Origin: a virus
IMG/VR virus record: IMGVR_UViG_3300045988_083449
Coordinates: 1-64,000 of that record
Length of the DNA: 64,000 nt
Direction: 5' to 3' (one strand)
The position numbers and the translations under genes are program-made. This document shows positions 8,452-17,750 of the stretch, one piece after another. Within the stretch, counting starts at the first letter, position 1. Each line of letters begins with the position of its first letter. The notes beneath the pieces are model-generated. The model did no database searches, was not told the DNA's origin, and saw only the letters and a program-made list of their open reading frames with translations.

Positions 8452-9279
8452 CTAGATTTGTTCAACGATTGATTCCAGCTTGTTCCTCACTAAGCCTCTG
8501 TATCGCATCGTCATTTGCAGATTGGAATGTCCCAATGCAGAAGCTATGTCCGCCAAATCTCCTCCGTATGAAGCGATTAAGGCGGCGTATGCGTGTCTTA
8601 GATCGTGAAGTCTCAGCTCTTGATAGCCGAGAATTTCACAGCAGACTTTCAATGCTTTGCCTAAGACACGTGATGCTTCGTTGTGATTGGGGATTCTCTT
8701 TCCGTCCGGATATAAAAAGGGAACAGCTCCGCACTGGAACAAACATCTAAGTTCTTTTGTGAGCGGAACAACTCGTTCGATTGTCTTTGTCCTTCTGCCC
8801 ACAGGTTTGTGAATCACAATGGCTTTGCCGTCAGACCTGATGTCCTGATAGGTAAACCTCATTGCTTCACCCAAACGTGCACCTGTATGTGCAAGAAGGA
8901 GAAGGGAAGGGTATGCCCAAGGATAAACTCTCTTTGCAACTTCGAGAATCATATGAAGTTGTTCAGGTGATATGTCTACATAACGAGTGTTGTTTACGTA
9001 AGGAAGCGGTATCGGAGTAGGACGACTGATCAAGGCCGAACGATAGCCGAAGTTTCTTATTGCTCTTACCTGTACGAGAATCCTTTGCCGTGTTGCAGGA
9101 GCTTTGCCTTCCCAATGATGGGAGGCAATCGCTGCCAACTCCACGCCGTCCGTTTCAGCGTCCAGCTCACCGAACACATGACGAATGGCTCTCAGCTTCT
9201 CTAAAAGAGAAGCCCCAAGTTGCGGGGCTTCTAGAAGTTTGTACGCTATGTACTTATCTATCAGATCATTTACTCTCAT
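8452..9279 (-). CDS. tyrosine recombinase (XerC/D-size integrase family, 275 aa)
   Basis: Catalytic signature AHTGARLGEA (R), HDLRHAYA (HxxR), GHSNLQMTMRY (H...Y). Confidence 0.85.
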   Translation of the reverse strand: MRVNDLIDKYIAYKLLEAPQLGASLLEKLRAIRHVFGELDAETDGVELAAIASHHWEGKAPATRQRILVQVRAIRNFGYRSALISRPTPIPLPYVNNTRYVDISPEQLHMILEVAKRVYPWAYPSLLLLAHTGARLGEAMRFTYQDIRSDGKAIVIHKPVGRRTKTIERVVPLTKELRCLFQCGAVPFLYPDGKRIPNHNEASRVLGKALKVCCEILGYQELRLHDLRHAYAALIASYGGDLADIASALGHSNLQMTMRYRGLVRNKLESIVEQI

Positions 9280-9590
9280 TTTGTGTTCCTTTCCTTGTAA
9301 GAACGAAGAGTGAAACGAGCCATAAAAATAGGGAAGTTCTCGTCAATAAAATCAAGAACTTCCCATTCATCCAAGCACAAAAATGTGCGGTACATTTTTT
9401 TCCACAGACTGTGGTCTATGTCTTTCCAATCTCCCTCCATGTAAGCATTAAGGATTTCATACAATTCGTCGGTGGAAAATACATCAACGAAGTCTGTCAG
9501 GAATTTGTTTAATTCGATCCCTGTATTCGTCTCTGTGTTCCCTCCAATCTTTTGGAACCCCTGTTTTCTGCTGAAACTCCTCGTTGTCAT
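9276..9590 (-). CDS. hypothetical protein, start uncertain
   Basis: The ORF overlaps the upstream gene by 107 nt if the first ATG is used. An internal start near 9440-9466 is more likely. Confidence 0.35.
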   Translation of the reverse strand: MTTRSFSRKQGFQKIGGNTETNTGIELNKFLTDFVDVFSTDELYEILNAYMEGDWKDIDHSLWKKMYRTFLCLDEWEVLDFIDENFPIFMARFTLRSYKERNTK

Positions 9591-9960
9591 ATTGCTTTAA
9601 TCCTTCAGTAACTTCGAGAACACGCTGAGCTCCGTTGTTCATCCCAAGTGCTTCCCTTGCTCTGAATAAGTTCACTCTTATCGAGTTCTCACTAACATCG
9701 AACACCTTGCTGAGTTCGTCTATCTTTGCGCCGTATAAAAAGAAGGCGGTTAAAATAAGGAGACGTTTAACAGTCAGAGCTTTGAGTTCGACTATTACGT
9801 TCGTTTCAGTTTTGTCTGTAACAGGAAGAGCGTTGTGAACGGCCTGTGTTTTCAGATTAAACTCACCCGTGGATAGCCTCTGAAGCAACTCTTCGTAAGC
9901 TCGTTTGTAAAAATCTCGTTCGTCTCTAAGGGACTGAATGTTTCTTTCTAATTTTTCCAT
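9484..9960 (-). CDS. sigma-70 region-4-like / LuxR-type HTH regulator (158 aa from ATG 9960)
   Basis: AGGAG lies 8 nt before ATG 9960. LLILTAFFLYGAKIDELSKVFDVSENSIRVNLFRAREAL matches the region-4 HTH pattern (L.y..g....Ela.....s...v...l.RAr..L). Confidence 0.55.
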   Translation of the reverse strand: MEKLERNIQSLRDERDFYKRAYEELLQRLSTGEFNLKTQAVHNALPVTDKTETNVIVELKALTVKRLLILTAFFLYGAKIDELSKVFDVSENSIRVNLFRAREALGMNNGAQRVLEVTEGLKQYDNEEFQQKTGVPKDWREHRDEYRDRIKQIPDRLR

Positions 9961-10068
9961 CACGTATCTCCTATAAGGAAAGGATTGGAAACAATTATAC
10001 ATACATTTCCAATCCTCAGTAATGTTCAGATATGATTACCTGAAAAGTTTTTCTTTTATTACTTAACG

Positions 10069-10338
10069 TTAACATCTATAGTACGGTTTCTTTTTTCTCC
10101 ATCGTTTGAAACTCTTGTAACGAGCAGATTGATTTTCAAATTTGATTTGATCTTTTCTCCATTCGTCCTCCTGCATACGAACGTATTGGGTATAGAGTTC
10201 AACTGCTTTTTCTCTGTCGTGAGTTTGTTCAAGACACGCATACCAAATCTTATCGAGCGACATTTTCCTTAGCCTCAAACAAATCTCACGAGCAGTGGGG
10301 CTGAGTTTCATTGCTTCTTCGATAGGGATGATGCCCAT
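10069..10338 (-). CDS. hypothetical basic protein (89 aa)
   Basis: ORF directly downstream of the vWA gene (stop 10340, start 10338). Confidence 0.45.
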   Translation of the reverse strand: MGIIPIEEAMKLSPTAREICLRLRKMSLDKIWYACLEQTHDREKAVELYTQYVRMQEDEWRKDQIKFENQSARYKSFKRWRKKKPYYRC

Positions 10339-10339
10339 G

Positions 10340-12304
10340 TTATTTCTCCTCTGCGATGATCTGTGCCATACGGGTTAAGACTTTGCGGCTTATGTCTCCA
10401 CACTCAACTTTAATGTTATCTGCGAACGATGTATCTAATGTAACTCCAAGACCTATTCCGAAAAGATGAATCCTATTTTTATCTGCAAATTTCTTACAGT
10501 TAATGGATAAGTATTCCTTTACATCAGAGTCAAGATCACCGTCAGTAAGGACGATAAGAATCTTTTTCTTGGTCAGCATACTTGCTTGGCGAAGCAATAA
10601 GATAGTTACAGCTTCAGCAATTGGTGTGTAGCCGAAGCCACAGTGTGAGTTAAACTCCAATCTTTCTTTGGTAACTGGTTGGTCAATCCTTTCGCTTAGT
10701 GTTTTTATTGCGGTGAGATTGCGAAATATCTTTGCACCTGTTGCCTTCGATTCAAAAAGAACATCTCTTCCATGTCCGGGAAAGGCAAAGATTTCAGTTC
10801 GACATCCCACAGATTCACAAGCCTTGCATAACACGTAGGCTGTTTTAGTTGATTCAAACATCCTTTCCCTTCCCATCGAACCGCTTGTATCCATTAAGAA
10901 TGTGACGGTTGTGTCCATCTCTCTTCCGTCTTTGCGATTCCTGTATACATAAGGGCTGCCAGTCACAGCTTCAACGAGGCGTTTTGAATCGAGCTTTCCT
11001 CTTAAGGCTCCGCTCTTCATGTCAACATCGTTACGAGCCTGTAAAGCTATCTCTAATCCACGCTTAGCCTTGATTACATCATCCCTCACAGCGTCGAATA
11101 ATTTGTCAGCGTTATCGGAATTTAAATCGCCACGAAAATCGTAGTAAATTTCATAGCTATTTACTTTCTCTGTAAACTTCGACGAATAAGGAAGGTCTTC
11201 CTCGCTGCCAAGCTCGGCACTAATATCATTGACCAATGCTTTCTGTGCTGCCTCCTTATCGAAACGATAAATTTGCGTCTCCTCATTTCCCATTCCTTTG
11301 CCTTGGCTGGAGGATGTGTTCTCTTTCTTTTGCTGATCAGCTTTGCCCTCTTGAGCTTGACCTTGATCAGCATTTTCTTCAGCGTCAGCCTTAGATTTAT
11401 CCTCAGCCTTTAGTTTGTTCGAGTCCTTTGTTTCTTTTCCTTCTTCGCTTTGGCCCTGTTGATTGGGATTCTGAGAAGCAGAAAGCTGTTGATCAATCAA
11501 CATCGCTTTGCCGTTTTTCTTTTTGTTGTTTCCTTGTGTCTGTTGTTGCTGTTGCTCCTTCTGTTCTTGTTGTTGGTTCAGCTTATCAACTTCAGCAATG
11601 AAAGCAGGAACCAGTGAGAACACTTTCTTAACGCCGTCTAAAGAAACCTGCTGATCAACACCGTGAGGTGTCCATCCTGTAGGAACTGAGTTGATTTTCT
11701 GTGCCCATCTATCTGCAAACTGTTTCCATTTATCGGAAGCAGTATCGTAAATATCAAACAGCGGGTCATATTCAAATCTGGCAGTCATACGTGCACGAGC
11801 CATCGTCACCATGTGTGCGTAGTACAACGGCTCATACAATGTCTCAGCGGTTACATCCTTGCCTTTCTTTTTCCATTTCTCCTGCTCCTTCTTAATGGTT
11901 TCAAGAATGTCTTCGCCTAGACTTTGATTCACAGCGTGAATGTTAGAAGCCATGCCGAAGTATGCTTCGTTAGCGCAACGTTCTATACGTATGTCTTCCA
12001 GGCAATTGAAGGTGAGTTTCTTGTCTATCTCATTGTTATCTACCCAACTCTTAATCTTGCTTTTTGAATAGTCCTTCATGTGAGAAAGTAAGATGTGCAT
12101 TGTTTCATGGTCTCTGTAACCCTGAAAGATTTTCATTTGTTTGTCAGAGATATTTCCAAACGGAGGAAGAGAAGGCAGCGTAATCGTTGAGCCATCTGTG
12201 TAAGCACCATCTCCTGAGAAACGAACTTTAATACCGTTGTTTCTTCCAACGGCTTTTGATGTGTCACACGTTGCTTGAATAAATCTACTGTTGTTCATGG
12301 TCAA
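10340..12304 (-). CDS. von Willebrand factor A domain protein (CobT-like)
   Basis: MIDAS motif in VTFLMDTSGSMG, later LVLTDGD. There is a long Q/E/K/N low-complexity linker in the middle. It is paired with the AAA+ gene upstream. Confidence 0.8.
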   Translation of the reverse strand: MTMNNSRFIQATCDTSKAVGRNNGIKVRFSGDGAYTDGSTITLPSLPPFGNISDKQMKIFQGYRDHETMHILLSHMKDYSKSKIKSWVDNNEIDKKLTFNCLEDIRIERCANEAYFGMASNIHAVNQSLGEDILETIKKEQEKWKKKGKDVTAETLYEPLYYAHMVTMARARMTARFEYDPLFDIYDTASDKWKQFADRWAQKINSVPTGWTPHGVDQQVSLDGVKKVFSLVPAFIAEVDKLNQQQEQKEQQQQQTQGNNKKKNGKAMLIDQQLSASQNPNQQGQSEEGKETKDSNKLKAEDKSKADAEENADQGQAQEGKADQQKKENTSSSQGKGMGNEETQIYRFDKEAAQKALVNDISAELGSEEDLPYSSKFTEKVNSYEIYYDFRGDLNSDNADKLFDAVRDDVIKAKRGLEIALQARNDVDMKSGALRGKLDSKRLVEAVTGSPYVYRNRKDGREMDTTVTFLMDTSGSMGRERMFESTKTAYVLCKACESVGCRTEIFAFPGHGRDVLFESKATGAKIFRNLTAIKTLSERIDQPVTKERLEFNSHCGFGYTPIAEAVTILLLRQASMLTKKKILIVLTDGDLDSDVKEYLSINCKKFADKNRIHLFGIGLGVTLDTSFADNIKVECGDISRKVLTRMAQIIAEEK

Positions 12305-12307
12305 TCC

Positions 12308-14305
12308 TTAGAAAACATTCTTGTAAGCCTTAGTGTTGTCAATGCCAAAGGCAACCTGAGCAAGGGAGAGAATTGAATCAACTGCGTCCTTGTCTGCTGA
12401 AGCAATAACAACTGCTTGTAATGCGACACGGGTTGCCTTTGCGAAGTCGTACTTAGCAACGGCCATCAAGAAGCTTGTCTTCTTAGCAAATTGAAGCTCT
12501 CTTCTTGGAGAGAATGAAACGGGGATTGTTCCGTTAATAAATCTGTCTCTCATACAACGAGCAAACTCAGTGATGGAATCAATCTGCTTATCGTTTAAGT
12601 TTCCTACCGAGCCTGAATCTTTTAGCAGTTTCTTTTCACTTACCTTGCTTAGATAATCAACCTCAATCCACGTTGTGAATCTATCCAAGGTAGCTGCTGA
12701 AAGAGTTCGACAAGCAGGATATAGATTGAACTGATCACCGTTGCCTTTGGTGTTTCCTGTTGCAATGATTCGAGACATCGGATGGAAGTGAATCTCTCTA
12801 GCCTTAGTGCCAGTATCATCATTGGATTCAAGAACGAACTTAGTCTTATGTTCAAGCACATCCTGCATAACGTAAAGAGAATCGGGCCTTGCACAATCAA
12901 GCTCGTCACACAGGAGAACGTAACCGTTAGGTAAGGATTGTTCCAAAATGCCCGGATTAAACTGAGACTTAGTACCTCCTTTACCATCGGAGATCAAAGT
13001 CGTTGTTCCCATGAGTTCGTACCGATCAATCGCATGATCGAATGCAACTCTGATCAAAGGATAGTTCAGCTTTGCACATACCTGTTCAATCAACGTGGTC
13101 TTACCTGTGCCAGTGTGTCCGGACAACCAAATGTTTTCACCGTTAGCTATGCCTAACAGCAGGGGCAATAGAGTTTCAACGTTGAAGACATAGTTAGGAT
13201 TGATCTCAGGTACGTGAGGATGTTTGCCGTTCCATTCATAACCCTGCACTGTGAAGGAAATCTTTTTCTTCTTAAGCTCGGGGAATAGATTGGCAACGTC
13301 GTAAAGTTTTGTTGTTCCGCTCGGGATTGTTGCGTCTGTTGAATGAATTTCCAAGTTGGCAACTGATTGATTAGCAGACAGCGTTGCGATCTGAGTAGTA
13401 AGTTCTGATACTTTCTGCTCTAAGGTTTTAACTTCTTCCTTTTTACCTGCACATTCATTGGCTAATGCAATAAGCTCGGATGCAGAAGGAGCACCAGTGG
13501 GTTTTAACACTGCGTCAATAATGTTCTTTTGATTGTCGGTAAGAGTAAACATGGTTGTTCCTTTAGTTGCAGGTTCTAATTCACGAATGCCAACTCGAGT
13601 GGATAACTTGGATAGGCCATTGATTAACGCAGGAAATAAACTGTTGGTATCAATGGGGTCGTGGTTATCAACCGAGAATAAAAGGTTGGTGTACTCGTTG
13701 CTGTCGTAGCAGTAGTTGTTGTCGCCGTCTTTGTAGAAAGGGAAGGGCGGAAGAGGTTTAGCGTCATCGTAGAAATAAGTATCTCCATGTTGATGCTTGT
13801 TTACATAATCTCTTACGGAAGCTAGAGATATACCCATCACACCAGTGCCGTCCTTACCCGTACCAAGATTGAAAAAGTATGCGTCTATCGCATAGATAAT
13901 CAGCATCGGATTCTCAGTCAGGACTCCAATTGCACAAGCGAGAAGACTTTGAAAACCGAGCAAGGTAATGAGTAATTGCAAGGACGGCTCTCCCTGTAAA
14001 TGAAGATGACACTTATCAGGAAAGTCATTACATAATTTCTTTATGTATGCGTTAATGATTGCAGTGGTGTATGGGTCTAATTTTTTAACGACCTCTCTGC
14101 AACGATCTGAATACACGGAGAGCGGAGCACCATCAGGTATCAAATTAGCAATGGCTTCATCAATCGCAACTCCCATTTCACCAGGAAGGGTGATGGTTTC
14201 AATGTCACTCCATGTTATAAGATGGGTGAGAGCGTACTTTTCATCGGCTGAAATTGTTCTTGCGTCGAATCTTTCAATGGTATTGATATAGGTGTCGTAT
14301 GTCAT
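12308..14305 (-). CDS. AAA+ ATPase (CobS/MoxR/AAA_5-like) with a ~330-aa N-terminal extension
   Basis: Walker A LSGHTGTGKTT and Walker B VLLCDELDCARPD. It lies 3 nt upstream of the vWA partner. Confidence 0.8.
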   Translation of the reverse strand: MTYDTYINTIERFDARTISADEKYALTHLITWSDIETITLPGEMGVAIDEAIANLIPDGAPLSVYSDRCREVVKKLDPYTTAIINAYIKKLCNDFPDKCHLHLQGEPSLQLLITLLGFQSLLACAIGVLTENPMLIIYAIDAYFFNLGTGKDGTGVMGISLASVRDYVNKHQHGDTYFYDDAKPLPPFPFYKDGDNNYCYDSNEYTNLLFSVDNHDPIDTNSLFPALINGLSKLSTRVGIRELEPATKGTTMFTLTDNQKNIIDAVLKPTGAPSASELIALANECAGKKEEVKTLEQKVSELTTQIATLSANQSVANLEIHSTDATIPSGTTKLYDVANLFPELKKKKISFTVQGYEWNGKHPHVPEINPNYVFNVETLLPLLLGIANGENIWLSGHTGTGKTTLIEQVCAKLNYPLIRVAFDHAIDRYELMGTTTLISDGKGGTKSQFNPGILEQSLPNGYVLLCDELDCARPDSLYVMQDVLEHKTKFVLESNDDTGTKAREIHFHPMSRIIATGNTKGNGDQFNLYPACRTLSAATLDRFTTWIEVDYLSKVSEKKLLKDSGSVGNLNDKQIDSITEFARCMRDRFINGTIPVSFSPRRELQFAKKTSFLMAVAKYDFAKATRVALQAVVIASADKDAVDSILSLAQVAFGIDNTKAYKNVF

Positions 14306-14318
14306 GTTGATTCCTTGT

Positions 14319-14969
14319 TTAATTTGCGGACTTGCTGACTAAGAACGAAACCAGCGTCGCCGTTGTGATTCCGTTGTCGGTCATTGTTTTGTAGATTGTT
14401 TCCATTATTTCCGTAATATTACTATTACTTTCTGTAGTGTTGGAAACAACAGGGGTTTCTTCCGTACTAGAAGGTGTTGCAGATTCCTGCGGTTCTTTCT
14501 CCTGTGTCGTAACAACTTCAGGTTCCTGTTTCTCAGGTTCAACAGGTTCAGGTTTAGGTGCCTCGGCTTGAAGTTCTTGGACTTTCTGCTCTTGTTCCTG
14601 CTGTTTCTTCTCTGCTTCGGCCTTCTCTTTTGCGTAGTGATTTGTGAGGAAATCTGCTACAGCTTTACTGCAAACCTTATAGTCCTCCGTTTCAACCATT
14701 TCTTTTGTTAACGTAACGGCTTCTGGAGATGCCTTCTTGATGTGGTTACCAACAAAGTCGGCAACGACAATGAAGTCTTGGCACAGTTCGGGGTAGAGCT
14801 TTGCTTTCTGAGCAACGCGCTTGGAGATACGAGCGTAGAGTTCTTCGAGCAGCAGGATGGAACTGTCAACAGTTTGTTTGCCGGGGTTCTTGGCCGGGAG
14901 TGCTTTGATGATGTCGGTGATAGCGGAGATACGAAGAGCTGTGTATGTGAAGTGTTTACGTGTAAACAT
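14319..14969 (-). CDS. hypothetical protein with an E/P/Q/T-rich C-terminal half
   Basis: 216-aa ORF following a terminator-like hairpin. No motif recognised. Confidence 0.5.
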   Translation of the reverse strand: MFTRKHFTYTALRISAITDIIKALPAKNPGKQTVDSSILLLEELYARISKRVAQKAKLYPELCQDFIVVADFVGNHIKKASPEAVTLTKEMVETEDYKVCSKAVADFLTNHYAKEKAEAEKKQQEQEQKVQELQAEAPKPEPVEPEKQEPEVVTTQEKEPQESATPSSTEETPVVSNTTESNSNITEIMETIYKTMTDNGITTATLVSFLVSKSAN

Positions 14970-14982
14970 ATAAGTACCTTTA

Positions 14983-15016
14983 AAGAAAAAGGACAGGAAC
15001 TTTGTGTCCTGTCCTT
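14983..15016 (-). terminator. rho-independent terminator-like hairpin
   Basis: AAGGACAGGA / TCCTGTCCTT 10-bp stem with an 8-nt loop, followed on the minus strand by a T-run. Confidence 0.55.
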
Positions 15017-15039
15017 GGTTGGGATAAAACTAGAAGGGT

Positions 15040-15297
15040 TCAAATTCGTTTGAGATACAGTTGGTTGGCGTAGTCAACCTTGATCATGTACAGATCATCA
15101 GGCGGAAGGACTCCATCCAAGACAGTGATATAAATTCCTGTCTTGATTTTCTTGCAGAGGTAAGCACATATCCTTGCGAGGTTTACGCAACTCAACTCAG
15201 CAGGAGCGGAAGCTAAGACGGCCTCGATGTAGCGCAGGTTGTCACATTGCACCAACAGTGCAGGGAAGTTGGTATCCACGTAAGTTGCTATATACAT
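15040..15297 (-). CDS. hypothetical protein (85 aa)
   Basis: ORF in an operon, with a 10-nt overlap with the upstream gene. Confidence 0.45.
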   Translation of the reverse strand: MYIATYVDTNFPALLVQCDNLRYIEAVLASAPAELSCVNLARICAYLCKKIKTGIYITVLDGVLPPDDLYMIKVDYANQLYLKRI

Positions 15298-15734
15298 AGA
15301 CTGTTCTCCTTGATCACGTCATCGAAGTAACTGTCAAGTTTCTTTGCCAACTTCCTAGCTAAGTCTTTGGCTAAGGTTGTCTCAAGGATTCCTAGCTTGT
15401 TAGCGAAGTCATCTCCGCCGAGTTCGGTGAGGTTTACTTCGTGGTTGTATTCGTCTTCGTACTCGGAGTAATAACCAACATCCCAGTCGATGTCGAAGTC
15501 AACGATTGTTCCCTTGCCGTAAGGTCTGCGGAAGAACCACAACTTACAGGATGGAAACCGACCAGCAATCTTTTCCTGCTCTCCGAAGATGCCAAGGAAA
15601 ACATCAACTCCAAACTCAGGATCGTTTTCAAATCCGCAAACGTCTGCGCATTCGTCAGTCTCAGCAATGAGTTTGTACTTGTCGTTAAGGTTTGCTTCGT
15701 TCCAAATGACGGGTAATAACAGTTCGGTTCTCAT
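15288..15734 (-). CDS. hypothetical acidic protein (148 aa from ATG 15734)
   Basis: GGAGAG RBS and ATG 15734, 3 nt after the upstream stop at 15737. Confidence 0.5.
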   Translation of the reverse strand: MRTELLLPVIWNEANLNDKYKLIAETDECADVCGFENDPEFGVDVFLGIFGEQEKIAGRFPSCKLWFFRRPYGKGTIVDFDIDWDVGYYSEYEDEYNHEVNLTELGGDDFANKLGILETTLAKDLARKLAKKLDSYFDDVIKENSLCI

Positions 15735-15736
15735 AA

Positions 15737-16084
15737 TTAACTCTCCATGAATCCGTCTTCCATTGCGCCGTAGTGGGTGAGCTTCCAACCATCACGGATA
15801 ACCCATAGACCCATGTCGTAGTAATCTCCGATGTCAGGATCGTCGGTAATGCCGACACCCACACCAGTTGTTTTGTCGATTCCTCTCATGACACAGATCA
15901 GACCAACCAACCTTGCGAATGCGTAGGAAATGTCACTGTCTAACGGCAAACAACCAAAGAAAGTCTTGGCTAACTGCATCCATTCTTGGAGTTCTGAATA
16001 ACCGTTTGACCAATGCACATAGATGTAGGGAACTGGATTGCCTTGAGAAGGTCTTTCAAATGCGAGGATTAAACTTTCGGACAT
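15737..16084 (-). CDS. hypothetical protein (115 aa)
   Basis: Tightly packed ORF in the leftward operon. Confidence 0.5.
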   Translation of the reverse strand: MSESLILAFERPSQGNPVPYIYVHWSNGYSELQEWMQLAKTFFGCLPLDSDISYAFARLVGLICVMRGIDKTTGVGVGITDDPDIGDYYDMGLWVIRDGWKLTHYGAMEDGFMES

Positions 16085-16087
16085 GAT

Positions 16088-16453
16088 TTAACCCATAATA
16101 AAAACTTGAACACCGTTGCTTACAACAGAACTGATGATGTCAATCTGCTCTTTAGTAAGAGAAACGCTGTTGCCTTCGTCGTCGTGACCAATGAGCAAAA
16201 TGTTTCCTGCCAACTCACGACCACCAATGTAGGTGAGTGCAATCGGAGGCTCTTTCATAAGACCTTCGTCATCAACGTATGCATCAATCAACTGATCGCC
16301 CAGCTTCAGGGTTGTGCAGTCAAAACATTCGCAGCCAATGAGCTGATACATCTCTTCGAGACAGTCTCGATACGTGACGATCTTTGCTTCAGCTTTAGCG
16401 TTGTGAGGATTAACAGAAAGAAGAACACCAGTGATTGTCTTAGTCTTTTGCAT
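16088..16453 (-). CDS. hypothetical protein, tentatively DUF3846-like
   Basis: The pattern ...L.EMYQLIGCE........L....D.YVDDEGL....P.....I.G..L..G... resembles DUF3846 phage/plasmid proteins. This is a recollection-level match only. Confidence 0.45.
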   Translation of the reverse strand: MQKTKTITGVLLSVNPHNAKAEAKIVTYRDCLEEMYQLIGCECFDCTTLKLGDQLIDAYVDDEGLMKEPPIALTYIGGRELAGNILLIGHDDEGNSVSLTKEQIDIISSVVSNGVQVFIMG

Positions 16454-16490
16454 GATTGCTCCAATAAAAAAGCCCTTCGTGTGAAGGGCG

Positions 16491-16787
16491 TTATCTCAAA
16501 TTAAGTTTGTAACCATCGCCGTACAAGGCGAGTGACATCCGATAGACGGTGTAGAAACGCATATCAGTTCCTACTCCTCTGACACGAAAGCCTAGGTTTC
16601 CTAGGTACTTTGTTTGGAATAACAGTGCTACCATGACCGTGATGTCATTGCCTTCCGAGTTGATCACTCGTACAGTGCGAGACATTCCGCTCCTAGCGAC
16701 GCTAGTTATCTCGACGGTAACCTTTGAACCAACAGGACAGCGAAGCTGGAGCCTACGGATAAGTTCTTGCTTGTCTGCTTTGTTCAT
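16491..16787 (-). CDS. hypothetical protein (98 aa)
   Basis: The ATG overlaps the stop of the upstream small ORF (ATGA at 16784-16787). Confidence 0.5.
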   Translation of the reverse strand: MNKADKQELIRRLQLRCPVGSKVTVEITSVARSGMSRTVRVINSEGNDITVMVALLFQTKYLGNLGFRVRGVGTDMRFYTVYRMSLALYGDGYKLNLR

Positions 16788-16900
16788 ACAAACTCCTTGA
16801 TTACTTCAACAACACACCACCCTCCGAAGAGTGCGAAGATGACGGGATAAATTTTTGCTTCGAGACGATTTATAAGTTCGTCGTATTCACGATCTGACAT
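16784..16900 (-). CDS. small hydrophobic-tailed protein (38 aa, below the ORF-track cutoff)
   Basis: My own translation is MSDREYDELINRLEAKIYPVIFALFGGWCVVEVIKEFV. Its ATG lies 1 nt after the upstream TGA, and its TGA overlaps the next ATG. Confidence 0.4.
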   Translation of the reverse strand: MSDREYDELINRLEAKIYPVIFALFGGWCVVEVIKEFV

Positions 16901-16901
16901 A

Positions 16902-17036
16902 TCAAAACTCCTTAAACAGCTTGTTGATTTCGTAGAAAGAACGAAGACCTTTCGGCCCATACTTTTGGAGAGCGTCCTTACGGACGTTTTCGGAATGAAT
17001 GCAGTCAGTGACCAACTCTTCCATTGCTTCCTTCAT
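16902..17036 (-). CDS. small protein (44 aa, below the ORF-track cutoff)
   Basis: My own translation is MKEAMEELVTDCIHSENVRKDALQKYGPKGLRSFYEINKLFKEF. Its ATG lies 3 nt after the upstream stop (TGAGCCATG). Confidence 0.4.
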   Translation of the reverse strand: MKEAMEELVTDCIHSENVRKDALQKYGPKGLRSFYEINKLFKEF

Positions 17037-17039
17037 GGC

Positions 17040-17228
17040 TCAGAGGGAATGCCATGCACAACGAAAAGCAGGGTGAAGACGAATCGTCTTCTCAGTGGAT
17101 GGAACCTTGCAGGTGCAGGAGAGAATGAAGAAGTAGTTCTTGCTGGGCTGAAGAACGTGGATCGTGAAATTACCGAGAGGGGAAACAACGTCGTAGCCAC
17201 GATCGGTTTTTACATATTTTGCAGTCAT
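17040..17228 (-). CDS. hypothetical protein (62 aa)
   Basis: AGGAGG precedes the ATG at 17228. First gene after the terminator pair. Confidence 0.45.
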   Translation of the reverse strand: MTAKYVKTDRGYDVVSPLGNFTIHVLQPSKNYFFILSCTCKVPSTEKTIRLHPAFRCAWHSL

Positions 17229-17251
17229 GATGTCCTCCTATGGACAGGAAA

Positions 17252-17309
17252 GAAAAAAGCCATAAGCACTCATGCGAATGCGTATGGCTTTGTCCCCTCG
17301 TTAGAGGGG
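17252..17309 (-). terminator. tandem terminator-like hairpins
   Basis: CCCCTC/GAGGGG (17294-17309), then AGCCATA/TATGGCT (17258-17289) followed by T6 on the minus strand. Confidence 0.5.
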
Positions 17310-17323
17310 AAAGGTTGTGATGT

Positions 17324-17521
17324 TTATGCGGGTTGTTTCCTTACGAAACGAACGGGAAGAGCCGGTGCTTTGTGTGCAGGTGAAACGTAAGAACGTTTAC
17401 CGATAAGCTCCCATTGACGTTCGAGGCGACGAGCTTCAAACCAAATCAATGCGAAAGCCTGTTTACTTCCCCAACGTCTGTACTTCCAGTATTCGTAATT
17501 CAATACGGATGGATATGCCAT
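17324..17521 (-). CDS. hypothetical basic protein (65 aa from internal ATG)
   Basis: AAGGAG RBS before ATG 17521, 10 nt after the upstream stop. The longer 126-aa version has an S/T/P-rich N-terminus that overlaps the upstream gene. Confidence 0.45.
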   Translation of the reverse strand: MAYPSVLNYEYWKYRRWGSKQAFALIWFEARRLERQWELIGKRSYVSPAHKAPALPVRFVRKQPA

Positions 17522-17531
17522 TTGTGTCTCC

Positions 17532-17750
17532 TTACATAGCAAAGAAAACCTTGCGAAGCACGAGCTTCTTGAGGTTGGTGAGGGATGTGTCCGAGAGGAC
17601 GAGTTGGATGTTGGATGTGTACAGTGTGACAACGGCGAAGTACTTGCCGCTTCTAAGTGTGAAGTTTGCGTTTGCAATGAGGCTGTCTTCGTCGTCGAAT
17701 ACAAAGCCGTTATCTTCGATGACGAGGTTGTAGTTGTACGTGCGTGTCAT
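17532..17750 (-). CDS. hypothetical protein (72 aa)
   Basis: ORF with AGGAGA upstream. First gene after the terminator at 17786-17810. Confidence 0.5.
   Translation of the reverse strand: MTRTYNYNLVIEDNGFVFDDEDSLIANANFTLRSGKYFAVVTLYTSNIQLVLSDTSLTNLKKLVLRKVFFAM

Noticed and set aside
11380-11580. Apparent DNA tandem repeat (caa/cag/gaa-rich) inside the vWA gene
   Set aside because: It is the coding sequence of a Q/E/K/N low-complexity linker. There is no exact repeat unit, so it is not an independent repeat element.
17324-17704. 126-aa version of the minus-strand ORF, with an S/T/P/H-rich N-terminus
   Set aside because: The N-terminal 61 codons overlap 17532..17750 in another frame. An internal ATG at 17521 has an AAGGAG RBS and starts 10 nt after the upstream stop, so I called the 65-aa version.
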